From: an uncultured delta proteobacterium
GTDB taxonomy: Bacteria; Desulfobacterota; Binatia; DP-6
Direction: 5' to 3'
Assembly (NCBI GenBank): GCA_963811605.1
Contig: CAWESA010000010.1
Location: 1,165,066-1,229,065 of the forward strand
DNA: 64,000 nt
Below the pieces are notes generated by a model. The model was not told the DNA's origin. It was given only the letters and a program-made list of their open reading frames with translations, and searched no databases. This document shows, piece by piece, positions 11,567 through 22,775 of this stretch (its first letter is position 1; the number at the start of each line of letters is the position of its first letter). A program made the position numbers and the translations under genes.

Positions 11567-11977
11567 TCACTCCTCGGCGCCGGGTCGGCGGCGCATCACC
11601 TTCTTCTGGGCCTGCACGTGTTTTTCCGCAAGCACCTTCTCCTTGGCGCGGCGGGAGCGCCGCCGCTTCTGACGCCGGATGCGGGCGACCGCCTGCGCCC
11701 GCGCGCTGGCCTCGCCGCGCCGGCGCGCGTCGAGCTCGTCGGCGAGGCGGCGGCGCGCCAGGAACCGGTTCATCGCCTGGGTACGGGTCTCCTGACACTT
11801 GACCACGAGTCCGCTCGGCACGTGCCGGAGCACCACGCAGGTCGCGACCTTGTTGACGTTCTGCCCGCCCTTCCCGCCCGAGCGCACGAAACGCTCCTCC
11901 AGCTCGTCCTCGCGGATGCCGAGGGCGGCGAGCCGGGCAACGAGCGCGCGCTCCTTGTCCGAGGTGACGGGAAACAT
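11567..11977 (-). CDS. arfB: alternative ribosome-rescue factor ArfB (peptidyl-tRNA hydrolase, GGQ domain)
   Basis: 136 aa with [20 protein letters not shown] (GGQ motif) and a basic C-terminal tail [14 protein letters not shown]. The ATG lies inside larger track ORF 11567..13174. Confidence 0.75.
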   Translation of the reverse strand: MFPVTSDKERALVARLAALGIREDELEERFVRSGGKGGQNVNKVATCVVLRHVPSGLVVKCQETRTQAMNRFLARRRLADELDARRRGEASARAQAVARIRRQKRRRSRRAKEKVLAEKHVQAQKKVMRRRPGAEE

Positions 11978-12024
11978 GGGCGACGCGCTCGACGCTACAC
12001 GAGCGCGTCGCCCGATGCATGCGC

Positions 12025-13827
12025 TCAGCTTCCCGGAACGATCCGGTACACCTTGCCCTGGCCGGCCGCGCCACCGCCGTAGTCGACGATGTAGAGCTCG
12101 CCGCGCGCGTCCTCTCCGAACGAGCTCACCCCGCCGCCGGTGCCGACGTCGCCGGTGCGATCCTGCTGGTTCTGCGCGGTTCCACCGGAGACGCCCTTGA
12201 AGGTGCGGATGAAGCCGGAGCAGATGTCGGAGTAGAAGTAGGTGCCGCGCAGGTCCGGCATGCGGCAGCCACGGTAGACGTAGCCCCCGGTGATCGAGCA
12301 ACCCTGCGTGTGGTCGTACTCGACCACGGGGAAGGTGAACCCGCTCGAGCTCGGGCACGAGCCGGGGGAGCTGGGGGGCGGGTAGGATGCGCTGCCCTCG
12401 CAGACGTTCCAGCCGTAGTTCTCGCCGCCGCCGCTCGACGCCGGCTGCACGTCCACCTCCTCGACGTTGCCCTGGCCGACGTCGGCGATGTAGAGGTCGC
12501 CGGTACCCCGGTCGAAGCTCCAGCGCCAGGGATTGCGGAGGCCGTAGGCCCAGATCTCGTCGAGGCCGGCGACGCCGACGAACGGATTCGACGGCGGGAC
12601 CGTGTACGTCGGCGCGTTCACGTCGATCCGGAGCATCTTGCCGAGCAGCGTGTTCAGGTTCTGGCCGTTCCCTTGCGGGTCGCCGCCGCTCCCCCCGTCG
12701 CCGAAACCGGCGTAGAGGTAGCCGTCGGGACCGAAGGCGATGTTGCCGCCGTTGTGGTTGGCGAACGGCTGGGTCACGCCGAGGATTAGCGTGCCGGTCG
12801 TGTTCGCGACGTCCGGATTGGCGCTCACGGTGTAGCGCCGGATCTCGGAGTTGCCGCTGTTGTTCGTGTAGCTCAGGTAGAAGACGCCGCTGGTGGCGTA
12901 GTCGGAGGCGAACGCCATGCCGAGCAGCCCCTGCTCGCCGCAGCAGGACGACACTCCGGTCACGTCGATGAACGGGGTCGGCAGCAGCGAGCCGTTCTTG
13001 ACGATGCGCACCAGGCCGTTCTGCTCGAGGATGAAGAGGCGACTCGTGTCGAGGGGAGGTGCCGTGACGAAGAGCGGCATGGTGAGGCCGCCCTGGACGA
13101 GCACCGTGTCGAGCACGGTACCCGAGACGGTCGGGATGCCGTCGCACAGCGCCGACGCGTTCTCCAGCTGACACGTGGCGGAGCAGCCGTCACCGCTCGT
13201 GGTGCCGCCGTCGTCGCACTGCTCGCTGCCTTCCACGACCCCGTTGCCGCACACCGCGGGCGGAGGCGGCGCACAGCTCTGCGGGGCCGGCGCGAGCTTC
13301 GCCCGCACCTTGCCGACCTCGTTGTCGTCGAACGTCGTGAAGCGCGCGCAGTAGTCGTCGCCGCCCACCGTGAGGCGAACGTCGATCGTTCCCTGCGGCT
13401 GCGTGATGGTATAGCTCCAGCCGCTCTTGCCGCCCGCGATCGAGAGCGTGCCGCCGTTCTTGCCGGACTTGAGCGTGATCGTCTTGATGCCGTCCGAGCG
13501 CAGCGCGTCCTTGAACTTGTAGCCCTTGCTGCCCGCCGGCTTGCCGAGCCCCCTCCACAGGGCCGCCGGCAGGGGGATTGCATCGGTGCTGCCGTCGCCC
13601 GGGTTGGCGCCCATCACCTCGAGGGTGGCTCCGACCGCGGTGGGATCGGCGCCGCCGGCGGGATCGATGGCCAGGTCTCGCGACGCCTTGAACTTGAAGC
13701 TCCGACCATCGGGCTTGCCGGCCGGATCCTTCATGGACAGGCGATCGCCCTCGATGGGGTGATCGACGGCAACGGCCGAGCCGGCGACGCACAGGGCCAG
13801 CGCGACGGCGACAGGGGCATGGCGCAT
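12025..13827 (-). CDS. PQQ-dependent soluble sugar dehydrogenase-like beta-propeller with Myxococcus cysteine-rich repeat
   Basis: Signal peptide [16 protein letters not shown]; [30 protein letters not shown] is a Myxococcus-type Cys-rich repeat; the remainder ([23 protein letters not shown]..., [11 protein letters not shown]) resembles YliI/GSDH family propellers. Confidence 0.75.
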   Translation of the reverse strand: MRHAPVAVALALCVAGSAVAVDHPIEGDRLSMKDPAGKPDGRSFKFKASRDLAIDPAGGADPTAVGATLEVMGANPGDGSTDAIPLPAALWRGLGKPAGSKGYKFKDALRSDGIKTITLKSGKNGGTLSIAGGKSGWSYTITQPQGTIDVRLTVGGDDYCARFTTFDDNEVGKVRAKLAPAPQSCAPPPPAVCGNGVVEGSEQCDDGGTTSGDGCSATCQLENASALCDGIPTVSGTVLDTVLVQGGLTMPLFVTAPPLDTSRLFILEQNGLVRIVKNGSLLPTPFIDVTGVSSCCGEQGLLGMAFASDYATSGVFYLSYTNNSGNSEIRRYTVSANPDVANTTGTLILGVTQPFANHNGGNIAFGPDGYLYAGFGDGGSGGDPQGNGQNLNTLLGKMLRIDVNAPTYTVPPSNPFVGVAGLDEIWAYGLRNPWRWSFDRGTGDLYIADVGQGNVEEVDVQPASSGGGENYGWNVCEGSASYPPPSSPGSCPSSSGFTFPVVEYDHTQGCSITGGYVYRGCRMPDLRGTYFYSDICSGFIRTFKGVSGGTAQNQQDRTGDVGTGGGVSSFGEDARGELYIVDYGGGAAGQGKVYRIVPGS

Positions 13828-13987
13828 GGGTTGTCCTTTCAGGAGGGTCGGATGCACTGCCCCCCACACGGTGTTCGTACAAGAACATCGTCGCAGGGGT
13901 CAACGCGCTTCTGCGGCTGCCGCGGTGATTTCACCGTGACGACGCGGCGCGGTTGACAAGCGGGACGGGCGGTGAACCATCCGACCG

Positions 13988-16181
<2,194 letters not shown>

Positions 16182-16198
<17 letters not shown>

Positions 16199-16589
16199 GC
16201 GCGCAGCAGCGGCGACCGGCTCGCCACCCTGCCCGGGGCGACCGCGCTGCGCCGCGTGGAGCGGCGCGCGCGGCGAGGGTCTCGATGCCTGCCACGATGA
16301 CGTCGAGCGCGGTCTCGAATTGCGCCTCGTCGAAGGGGCCGAGACGTGCGGCCACCGCGGCCCGCGTCGGGTATCGGTGCGGCTCGAACTCCTCGTAACG
16401 CGCCGGGTCCACCGCGCGGCGGCCGATCTCCATGCCGACGTATCCGGGGGTGAAGCTGTGCAGCAGACGAAACGACGATCCGGACGGCGTCATCGACAAG
16501 ATCGCCACCGGCACGATCGAGGCGGATCGCCCGGGCGTGCTGCCCTTGCCGTGTGCGGTCGGATCGCCCAGCGGCGCCTTCCTCGACAT
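16182..16589 (-). CDS. hypothetical protein (weak call)
   Basis: This is the only sensible frame between the flanking genes. C-terminal [29 protein letters not shown] is reminiscent of TetR C-domains, but no HTH is recognisable. Confidence 0.2.
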
Positions 16590-16656
16590 GCCCTGAGCCC
16601 GCGCGCGCGACGTGCCATTGACGGCGCCGCTGCCGGTTTGCGAGAAACCCGGGCGA

Positions 16657-17937
16657 ATGACGCTCTCTGCCGCGGGCCGCTGCACCGCCGACACGCTCCT
16701 GGACCACATCCCGGACGGCGCGGACGTCATCATCGGCCCGGGGAACGGCGAGCCGGTCCACGTGCTCGACACGATCGAGGCGAACGCCGGGCGATTCCGC
16801 GCTCTCCGTCTGCACCAGATGCTGCCGCTGCGGCAGAGGCGCTACATCGACGGCGCGTTCCCCGGGCTGCGACACGTCTCGTGGTTCCTGTCGCCCGCCG
16901 ATCGCACCGCGTTCCACCGCACCGCGTGCGACCTCGTGCCCAACAACTTCAGCGAGGTGCCGCATCTCATGCGCTCGCTCGCGCCCGCGCTCGTCATCGC
17001 CGCGGTCTCACCCCCCGACCGGCACGGCTACTTCTCGCTCGGGTGCACCGCCGACTACACGGCGGCGTTCATCGGCGAGCTTCCCTTCTTCGTCGAGGTC
17101 AACCCGCGCATGCCGCGCACGTTCGGCGAGAACCAGATCCACGTCAGCCAGGTCGTCGGCTGGTGCGAGGGAGACGCCGCGCTGATCGAGGTGCCCCCGC
17201 ATCCGCCCGGCGACCTCGACCGCCGCATCGCCGCCCTCATCGCGCAACGGATCCCCGACGGGAGCACCCTGCAGGCGGGCGTGGGAGCGGTCCCCAACGC
17301 GGTCCTGGAGCTGCTCGGCGACCACCGCGACCTCGGCATCCATACCGAGCTGTTCTGCGACGGGTTCATCGACCTGATCGAGCGCGGCGTCGTCACCGGC
17401 ACCAGGAAGCGCACGCACCGCAACAAGATCATCGCGACCACCGCCCTGGGATCGCGCCGGCTCCTCGAGTTCCTGCACGAGAATTCGGGTATCGAGCTCT
17501 GGCCGGTGGACCACACCAACGATCCCCGGACCATCGCGGCCGAGGACGCGATGGTCACCATCAACGCGACCCTCGAGGTCGACTTCCTGGGCCAGTGCGC
17601 CTCCGAGTCGCTCGGCAGCGACTACTGGTCGTCGTCCGGCGGCCAGCCCGACTTCACGCGCGGCGCCATCATGGCGGAGCACGGCCAGTCGTTCATCGTG
17701 CTGCACTCGACGCCGAGCGACGAGTCGGTGTCGCGCATCGTCCCCCAGCTGCACCCGGGAGCCGCCGTCACCACCTTCAAGAACATCGTCGACCGCGTGG
17801 TCACCGAGCACGGCGTCGCCGAGCTGCGCGGCTCCAGCATCCGGGAGCGCACGAGCCGGCTGATCGGCATCGCGCATCCCAAGTTCCGCGACGAGCTCAC
17901 CGCCGCCGCCCGGGCGATGGGCTACCTGCGCGGCTGA
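16657..17937 (+). CDS. acetyl-CoA hydrolase/transferase family protein (4-hydroxybutyrate CoA-transferase-like)
   Basis: ELFCDGFIDLIERGVVTG, VTINATLEVDFLGQCASES and SGGQPDFTRGA motifs. An alternative GTG start lies at 16612 per the track. Confidence 0.75.
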   Translation: MTLSAAGRCTADTLLDHIPDGADVIIGPGNGEPVHVLDTIEANAGRFRALRLHQMLPLRQRRYIDGAFPGLRHVSWFLSPADRTAFHRTACDLVPNNFSEVPHLMRSLAPALVIAAVSPPDRHGYFSLGCTADYTAAFIGELPFFVEVNPRMPRTFGENQIHVSQVVGWCEGDAALIEVPPHPPGDLDRRIAALIAQRIPDGSTLQAGVGAVPNAVLELLGDHRDLGIHTELFCDGFIDLIERGVVTGTRKRTHRNKIIATTALGSRRLLEFLHENSGIELWPVDHTNDPRTIAAEDAMVTINATLEVDFLGQCASESLGSDYWSSSGGQPDFTRGAIMAEHGQSFIVLHSTPSDESVSRIVPQLHPGAAVTTFKNIVDRVVTEHGVAELRGSSIRERTSRLIGIAHPKFRDELTAAARAMGYLRG

Positions 17938-19332
17938 TCAGGGCGTCGCGCTCGCGCCGGCCACGTCGGCGCGCGCCAGGATGCGCGCGACGATGGCGTC
18001 GTAGTCGCCGCCGAAGTGGTGCCCCCCGTCCTGCGGCATCGACGTGGCGAGCCCGGCATCCAGGACCGGGCACAGGCTGTCGGACTCGTCGCGACCGTAG
18101 ATGCACAGGATCGGCATGCCGCGCAGCTTCTCGACCTCCGGCCGGGTCGGCAGCGTGTCGCCGTGCACCGCGTCGCTCACCCAGTCGGAGAGATGGAACT
18201 GGAAGTCCACGCCCGTGCCGGGTCCCAGGAGCACGACCAGCGCGACGCGTGCGCGCAGGTCGGCCGGCAGGCGGTTGGTCAGGAACGGCAGGACGTCGGC
18301 CCCGCGCGAGTAGCCGAGCAGCAGCACACGGCGCGCGTGCCAGGCGGCGAGATAGTGGCGCAGGATGCGCGCGAGATCGGCCGCCGCGCCGTCGGGCGTC
18401 CGGCGCGTCCAGAAGTAGCGCAGGGAGTTGAGCCCGACGACGCCGACGCCGCGCGTCGCGAGCTGCTCGCCGATGTCGCGATCGATGTTCGCCCACCCGC
18501 CGTCGCCGGAGAGGATCACCGCCAGCATATCGGTGGACGGCCCGCTCCCCGGCACCTCGATCAGCGGCAGGTCGGCCACCTCGGCCGCCGCGGGGGCGCG
18601 GTCCTCGGCCGGCGCCACGCCGGCGACCGCGTGCAAGGCCGCCCGCAGCACGCGGTCTCGATCGTGCGGCGGGGCGACCAGCAGCTTGGCGTGCCCGACG
18701 GCCCCCACGAAGGCGCGCGTGGCATCGAGCGGGCACTCCGGATCGTCCTCCGGCTCGACGACCACCCAGCGTCCCTGGACGTGCGGCGACGGCGCGAGCC
18801 GGATCGTGCCACCATCGCCGGTGGTGGCCACGAGTCCGCGCAGCCGCCCCGGCGGCTTCGGCAGGTCGAGCGCCGGACAGAAGTCCACGCTGATCGCACC
18901 CCGGAACGTGTCCGGGTTGGCCTCGGCCAGCGCGGCGTACGCCAGCGCCGCGCCCGCCTGCCGTCCCACCAGCACGGGCAGCTGGTATGCCGATACGCCG
19001 AGCGCACGCTGCGCGAACTGGCTGAGCAGCTCGAGGTCGGCGGACGGATAGACCTCGTCGCCTGGAGCCTGCGCGACGTGCGCGCGATACTGCGCCAGAT
19101 CGACCCCGAGGACGAGCGCGCCCGCGCCGGCGAGCAGCTCGGCCAGGTCGAGCGTGGCGCGATCCATGCCACCGTCGCCCGAGAGCAGGAGGGCAACGCC
19201 CGCGGGCTCACCGGCCGGCCGCGTCACCGTGATGTCGCCGATCGGGTCGTAGCGCAGCGTCTGCGGCGCCGCCCAGACCCCGCCGGCACGCAGGAGGACC
19301 GCCGCCGCGAGCAGTCGCCGCCATCGCCTCAT
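17938..19332 (-). CDS. acvB: AcvB/VirJ-family protein (lysyl-phosphatidylglycerol hydrolase-type), tandem-duplicated domain
   Basis: Signal peptide MRRWRRLLAAAVLLRAGGVWA. Two homologous halves: VALLLSGDGGMDRATLDLAELLAGAGALVLGVD and LAVILSGDGGWANIDRDIGEQLATRGVGVVGLN. The start overlaps the mprF stop (ATGA). Confidence 0.75.
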   Translation of the reverse strand: MRRWRRLLAAAVLLRAGGVWAAPQTLRYDPIGDITVTRPAGEPAGVALLLSGDGGMDRATLDLAELLAGAGALVLGVDLAQYRAHVAQAPGDEVYPSADLELLSQFAQRALGVSAYQLPVLVGRQAGAALAYAALAEANPDTFRGAISVDFCPALDLPKPPGRLRGLVATTGDGGTIRLAPSPHVQGRWVVVEPEDDPECPLDATRAFVGAVGHAKLLVAPPHDRDRVLRAALHAVAGVAPAEDRAPAAAEVADLPLIEVPGSGPSTDMLAVILSGDGGWANIDRDIGEQLATRGVGVVGLNSLRYFWTRRTPDGAAADLARILRHYLAAWHARRVLLLGYSRGADVLPFLTNRLPADLRARVALVVLLGPGTGVDFQFHLSDWVSDAVHGDTLPTRPEVEKLRGMPILCIYGRDESDSLCPVLDAGLATSMPQDGGHHFGGDYDAIVARILARADVAGASATP

Positions 19333-21875
19333 CGCGTGACGACGCCCTTCATGCCGCCGGAGACGAGTGCGGCAACGTTGGTGAGCACGCGCGGCAACAC
19401 GACGCCGCCCGGCGACGCCAGGTAGCGCGGGTCCCACACGGGGTCGAACTTGTCCTTGAACCGGCGCAGACCCTGGAAGTTGTAGAACTCCTCGCCGTGC
19501 CGGAAGAGCAACGCGCCGAGCCGGTTCCAGAGCGGCCCGAGCGCATGCCCCTCGAGGCCGGAGAACGGCGCCATGCCGAGATTGAACCAGCGGTAGCCCT
19601 CGCCCTTCCCCCACAGGAACAGCTCGACGAAGAGGAACTCCATCAGGCCCGGATGCGCCCCGGCGCGGTAGCGCATCAGGTCGCAGGACGCCTCCTCGTG
19701 ATCGGCGCCGGGCAGGAGATTGGTGAAGGCGATCAGCGCTCCCTCGCGGCGCACGACGGCGACGGGCAGCCGCGTCAAGTAGTCGGGCGAGAAGAAGCCG
19801 AGCGAGAAGCCCTTCTCCCGCGTGCGTTTCTGCGCCAGCCAGGCGTCCGAGATCTCCCGCAGATCCGGCAGCAGGGCGGCGACGCCTCCTGGAGGCACGA
19901 CCTCGAAGGTGAGGCCGTCGCGCTGCGCCCGGCGGTACGTGGTGCGCAGGCTCTTGCGGGCGCCGCCGTCGAGGGAGAACGTGGCGAGCGGCACGCGCGC
20001 TTCCTCGCCCAGCTTCCGGAGGTCGAGACCCATGTCGAGGTAGAGCGGGAGCTGCTCGGCGCCGACCTCGTAGAACACGGCCCAGCCGCCATGCCGATCG
20101 CTCAGCTCGCGGAAGCGCCAGGCCAGCTCGCGGATCACGTCGGGCGGCCCGACCGGATCACCGAGCGCGACCCAGCTGCGCCCCTCGATCCCGTACATGA
20201 CGAAGCCGCGTCGCCGCTCGTCGAGGAGGAATCGCTTGTCGCCGAGCAGCGCGAGACCCGCGGCGGCCCGGGGCGCCCGGGCCACCACCGCGGCGATGTG
20301 CGCCATGTCCTCCGGCGTCGGCGCGGGAAAGGCGGGGCGCGCGGGACGCAGCAAGCGCCAGCCGCCCACCAGCACGAGCACCAGCATCGCGCCGACCGAC
20401 GCCCGCAACGAGCGCGGCGCCTCGCCCGAGAGCTCGAACTGCCACCAGAGATCGCGCGAGTACTCGACGTGCTTGAAGGAGAAGAGCAGGAGCCAGGTGA
20501 TGCCGACGACGACGAGCAGGATGGCGGCGATCCACTCGGTGGTGAACGGCTCGTCGAGAAGCGACAGGCGACGGAAGAACTGCCGCCGGCACGGCAGCAG
20601 CGCGGCGAGGACGAGCGTGAGGAGGATCGCCTCCTCGTAGTCGAACCCCTTGAGCAGGGAGGCGACGATGCCGGCGACCAGCAGCGCCACGGTCACCATC
20701 CAGGCGCCGTCGAGGCGGCGCTGCAGTCCCCGCGCGAGGACCAGCAGCGCGGCACCCACCAGGCTGCCGACGAAATGCGACACCTCCACCACCGACAGCG
20801 GCAGCACGTCGCCGAGGAGCCCGAGCCGCCCCGCGGCGGCCGGTGTCGCCCCCGAAGCGAGCAGGACGACGCCGGCGACGAAGCTGGTCGCCGCGAGGAT
20901 CTGCGGCAACGGCAACCAGCGGCCGACGATGCCCGCCGCCCGCGCCATGTGCGAGCGGCGCCGCAGCACCTCGCGCCCGGCGAGGAGCACGGCCGTGACG
21001 ATCAGCGGAACGAGGTAGTAGATCAGCCGGTAGGCGAGGAGCGAGGCGAGCATCGCCGCGCCGGCGGTGCCGCGCGGGACGAGGTGCAGCATGATCACCT
21101 CGAACACGCCGAGCCCCGCCGGCACGTGACTCACCACGCCGGCCACCTGCGCCAGCAGGAACACGGGAACGAAGCGCGGGAACGACACCAGGCCCGGCGG
21201 GAGCAGCACGAACAGCACGCTGGCGGCCAGCAGCCAGTCGGCCGCCGACAGCGCGACCTGCGCCAGGGCGACGCCCACCGACGGCATCGGCAGGGGCCAG
21301 CGCCGACCGTCGAGCGGCTTGATCGTCCCGGCGGCGAGCAGGAGATAGATGACGGTCACCGCGAGACACCCACCGCCGATCGTCCTGGCAAGCGCCACCG
21401 GCATGGGCAGGGCGAGCGCGGCGGCGGACGGCGAGACGAGCAGCGACATCCCGAGGAGCACCAGCACGCCGAGCCAGAAGGTGACCGCGTTGAGCGCGAT
21501 CACGCCCGCCACCTCGCGGCGGGACAGGCCCCATCCCGAGTACAGGTGCAGCCGCACGGCGGCGCCGCCCAGGAACGACGCGCCGACGTTGTGGGCGACG
21601 ACGTAGCTCACGAAGGACGCGAACGCCGTGCGGCGATAGGGCAGCGCGTGCCCGACCACGCGCAGGCCGAGCACGTCGTAGCCGCCGAGCACGAGGTAGT
21701 TGAGCAGCGTCAGCACGCCGGCTGCGACCAGGCGGAGCGGCGCGAGAGCCTGCAGCGCGGCCGCCACGTCGTGCAGGTGGTACTGGCCGAGCTCGTGCGT
21801 GAGCAGGCCCAGCGCCAGCACGAAGAGCAGCAGGCTGATCACCGCGCCCGCGATTTGCCTCCGCTCCGTCATCAC
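19329..21875 (-). CDS. mprF: phosphatidylglycerol lysyltransferase / flippase MprF (LpiA)
   Basis: 848 aa with a polytopic N-terminal flippase domain plus a C-terminal DUF2156 synthase domain (FLLDERRRGFVMYGIEGRSWVALGDPVGPP). Classic pairing with acvB downstream. Confidence 0.85.
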   Translation of the reverse strand: MMTERRQIAGAVISLLLFVLALGLLTHELGQYHLHDVAAALQALAPLRLVAAGVLTLLNYLVLGGYDVLGLRVVGHALPYRRTAFASFVSYVVAHNVGASFLGGAAVRLHLYSGWGLSRREVAGVIALNAVTFWLGVLVLLGMSLLVSPSAAALALPMPVALARTIGGGCLAVTVIYLLLAAGTIKPLDGRRWPLPMPSVGVALAQVALSAADWLLAASVLFVLLPPGLVSFPRFVPVFLLAQVAGVVSHVPAGLGVFEVIMLHLVPRGTAGAAMLASLLAYRLIYYLVPLIVTAVLLAGREVLRRRSHMARAAGIVGRWLPLPQILAATSFVAGVVLLASGATPAAAGRLGLLGDVLPLSVVEVSHFVGSLVGAALLVLARGLQRRLDGAWMVTVALLVAGIVASLLKGFDYEEAILLTLVLAALLPCRRQFFRRLSLLDEPFTTEWIAAILLVVVGITWLLLFSFKHVEYSRDLWWQFELSGEAPRSLRASVGAMLVLVLVGGWRLLRPARPAFPAPTPEDMAHIAAVVARAPRAAAGLALLGDKRFLLDERRRGFVMYGIEGRSWVALGDPVGPPDVIRELAWRFRELSDRHGGWAVFYEVGAEQLPLYLDMGLDLRKLGEEARVPLATFSLDGGARKSLRTTYRRAQRDGLTFEVVPPGGVAALLPDLREISDAWLAQKRTREKGFSLGFFSPDYLTRLPVAVVRREGALIAFTNLLPGADHEEASCDLMRYRAGAHPGLMEFLFVELFLWGKGEGYRWFNLGMAPFSGLEGHALGPLWNRLGALLFRHGEEFYNFQGLRRFKDKFDPVWDPRYLASPGGVVLPRVLTNVAALVSGGMKGVVTR

Positions 21876-21917
21876 CGGGTATCGGCTCGCTCGGCAAATT
21901 GCGCTACATCACCCCTG
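21876..21917. promoter_or_regulatory. 42-bp divergent intergenic region between the mprF and cytochrome-c/GCH-II operon starts
   Basis: Only 42 bp (accgggtatcggctcgctcggcaaattgcgctacatcacccctg) separate two divergent start codons, so promoter elements for both operons must overlap here. No consensus hexamers are asserted. Confidence 0.3.
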
Positions 21918-22775
21918 ATGCGACGTCCACGCCGGCCTCCGGCCCCACGAGTCGTCCCGGCGCTGGCGGTTGCCTGTGCGTGCGTCCTGCTGACCGCCGA
22001 ACGACCCGCCGCGGCTGCGTCGCTCCGCTTCCTGCGCGACGACACGGAGGTGGCGCGGCTCGACGCCGACACCCTCCGGCGCGACTGCGCCACGGAGACG
22101 ATCACCGTCGACGACCCCTACTACGAGCGCCGCGTACGCTACATCGCCTGCCCGCTGCGCGAGGTCCTGCGACTCGGGCTCGGCGAGGACGCGTCGGCGC
22201 TGGCCGGGCGCGACGTGCTCTTCCGCGCCTCCGACGGCTACGTGAAGCCCGCGGGCGGCGCGCGGGTGGCGGAGGACGGCGCCTACCTGGCCTTCGCCGA
22301 CGCCGACCGTCCTTCCGGCTTCGCGCCGCTCGGGCGCAAGGCGGTCGACCCCGGACCGTTCTATCTCGTGTGGACGAAACCGGCGCAGCGCGACCCCAAC
22401 GTCTACCCGTGGCCCTATCAGCTCGCCGCCATCGAGGTCACGGATCTGGCCCGCCGCTATCCCCACATCGTGCCGCGCGCGGTCGCGCACGGGTCGCTCG
22501 CGTGGGCCGGCTTCGACCTCTTCCGGGCCGAGTGCATCGCCTGCCACTCCATCAACGGCGAGGGCGGCACCGTCGGTCCCGATCTGAACATCCCGCAGAG
22601 CGTCGTCGAGTACCGGCCGGTCGAGCAGCTGAAGCGCTACATCCGCAATCCGGCGACGTTTCGCTACGGCAACATGCCCTCGCACGAGCACCTGACGGCG
22701 CGAGATCTCGACGCGCTCATCGCCTACTTCTCGGTCATGAAGACCCAGAAGCACGACCCGCGGGCGACGCCGTGA
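21918..22775 (+). CDS. secreted c-type cytochrome domain protein (unknown N-domain + C-terminal CxxCH)
   Basis: ATG 42 bp from the divergent mprF start. Signal peptide MRRPRRPPAPRVVPALAVACACVLLTA and heme motif CIACHSINGEGGTVGP...NMPSHEHL near the C-terminus. The real gene is only the last 286 codons of track ORF 19497..22775. Confidence 0.65.
   Translation: MRRPRRPPAPRVVPALAVACACVLLTAERPAAAASLRFLRDDTEVARLDADTLRRDCATETITVDDPYYERRVRYIACPLREVLRLGLGEDASALAGRDVLFRASDGYVKPAGGARVAEDGAYLAFADADRPSGFAPLGRKAVDPGPFYLVWTKPAQRDPNVYPWPYQLAAIEVTDLARRYPHIVPRAVAHGSLAWAGFDLFRAECIACHSINGEGGTVGPDLNIPQSVVEYRPVEQLKRYIRNPATFRYGNMPSHEHLTARDLDALIAYFSVMKTQKHDPRATP

Noticed and set aside
19497-21917. Upstream 807 codons of the 1092-aa plus ORF 19497..22775
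   Set aside because: Antisense to mprF. Only the last 286 codons (from ATG 21918, signal peptide + CxxCH) look like a real protein.
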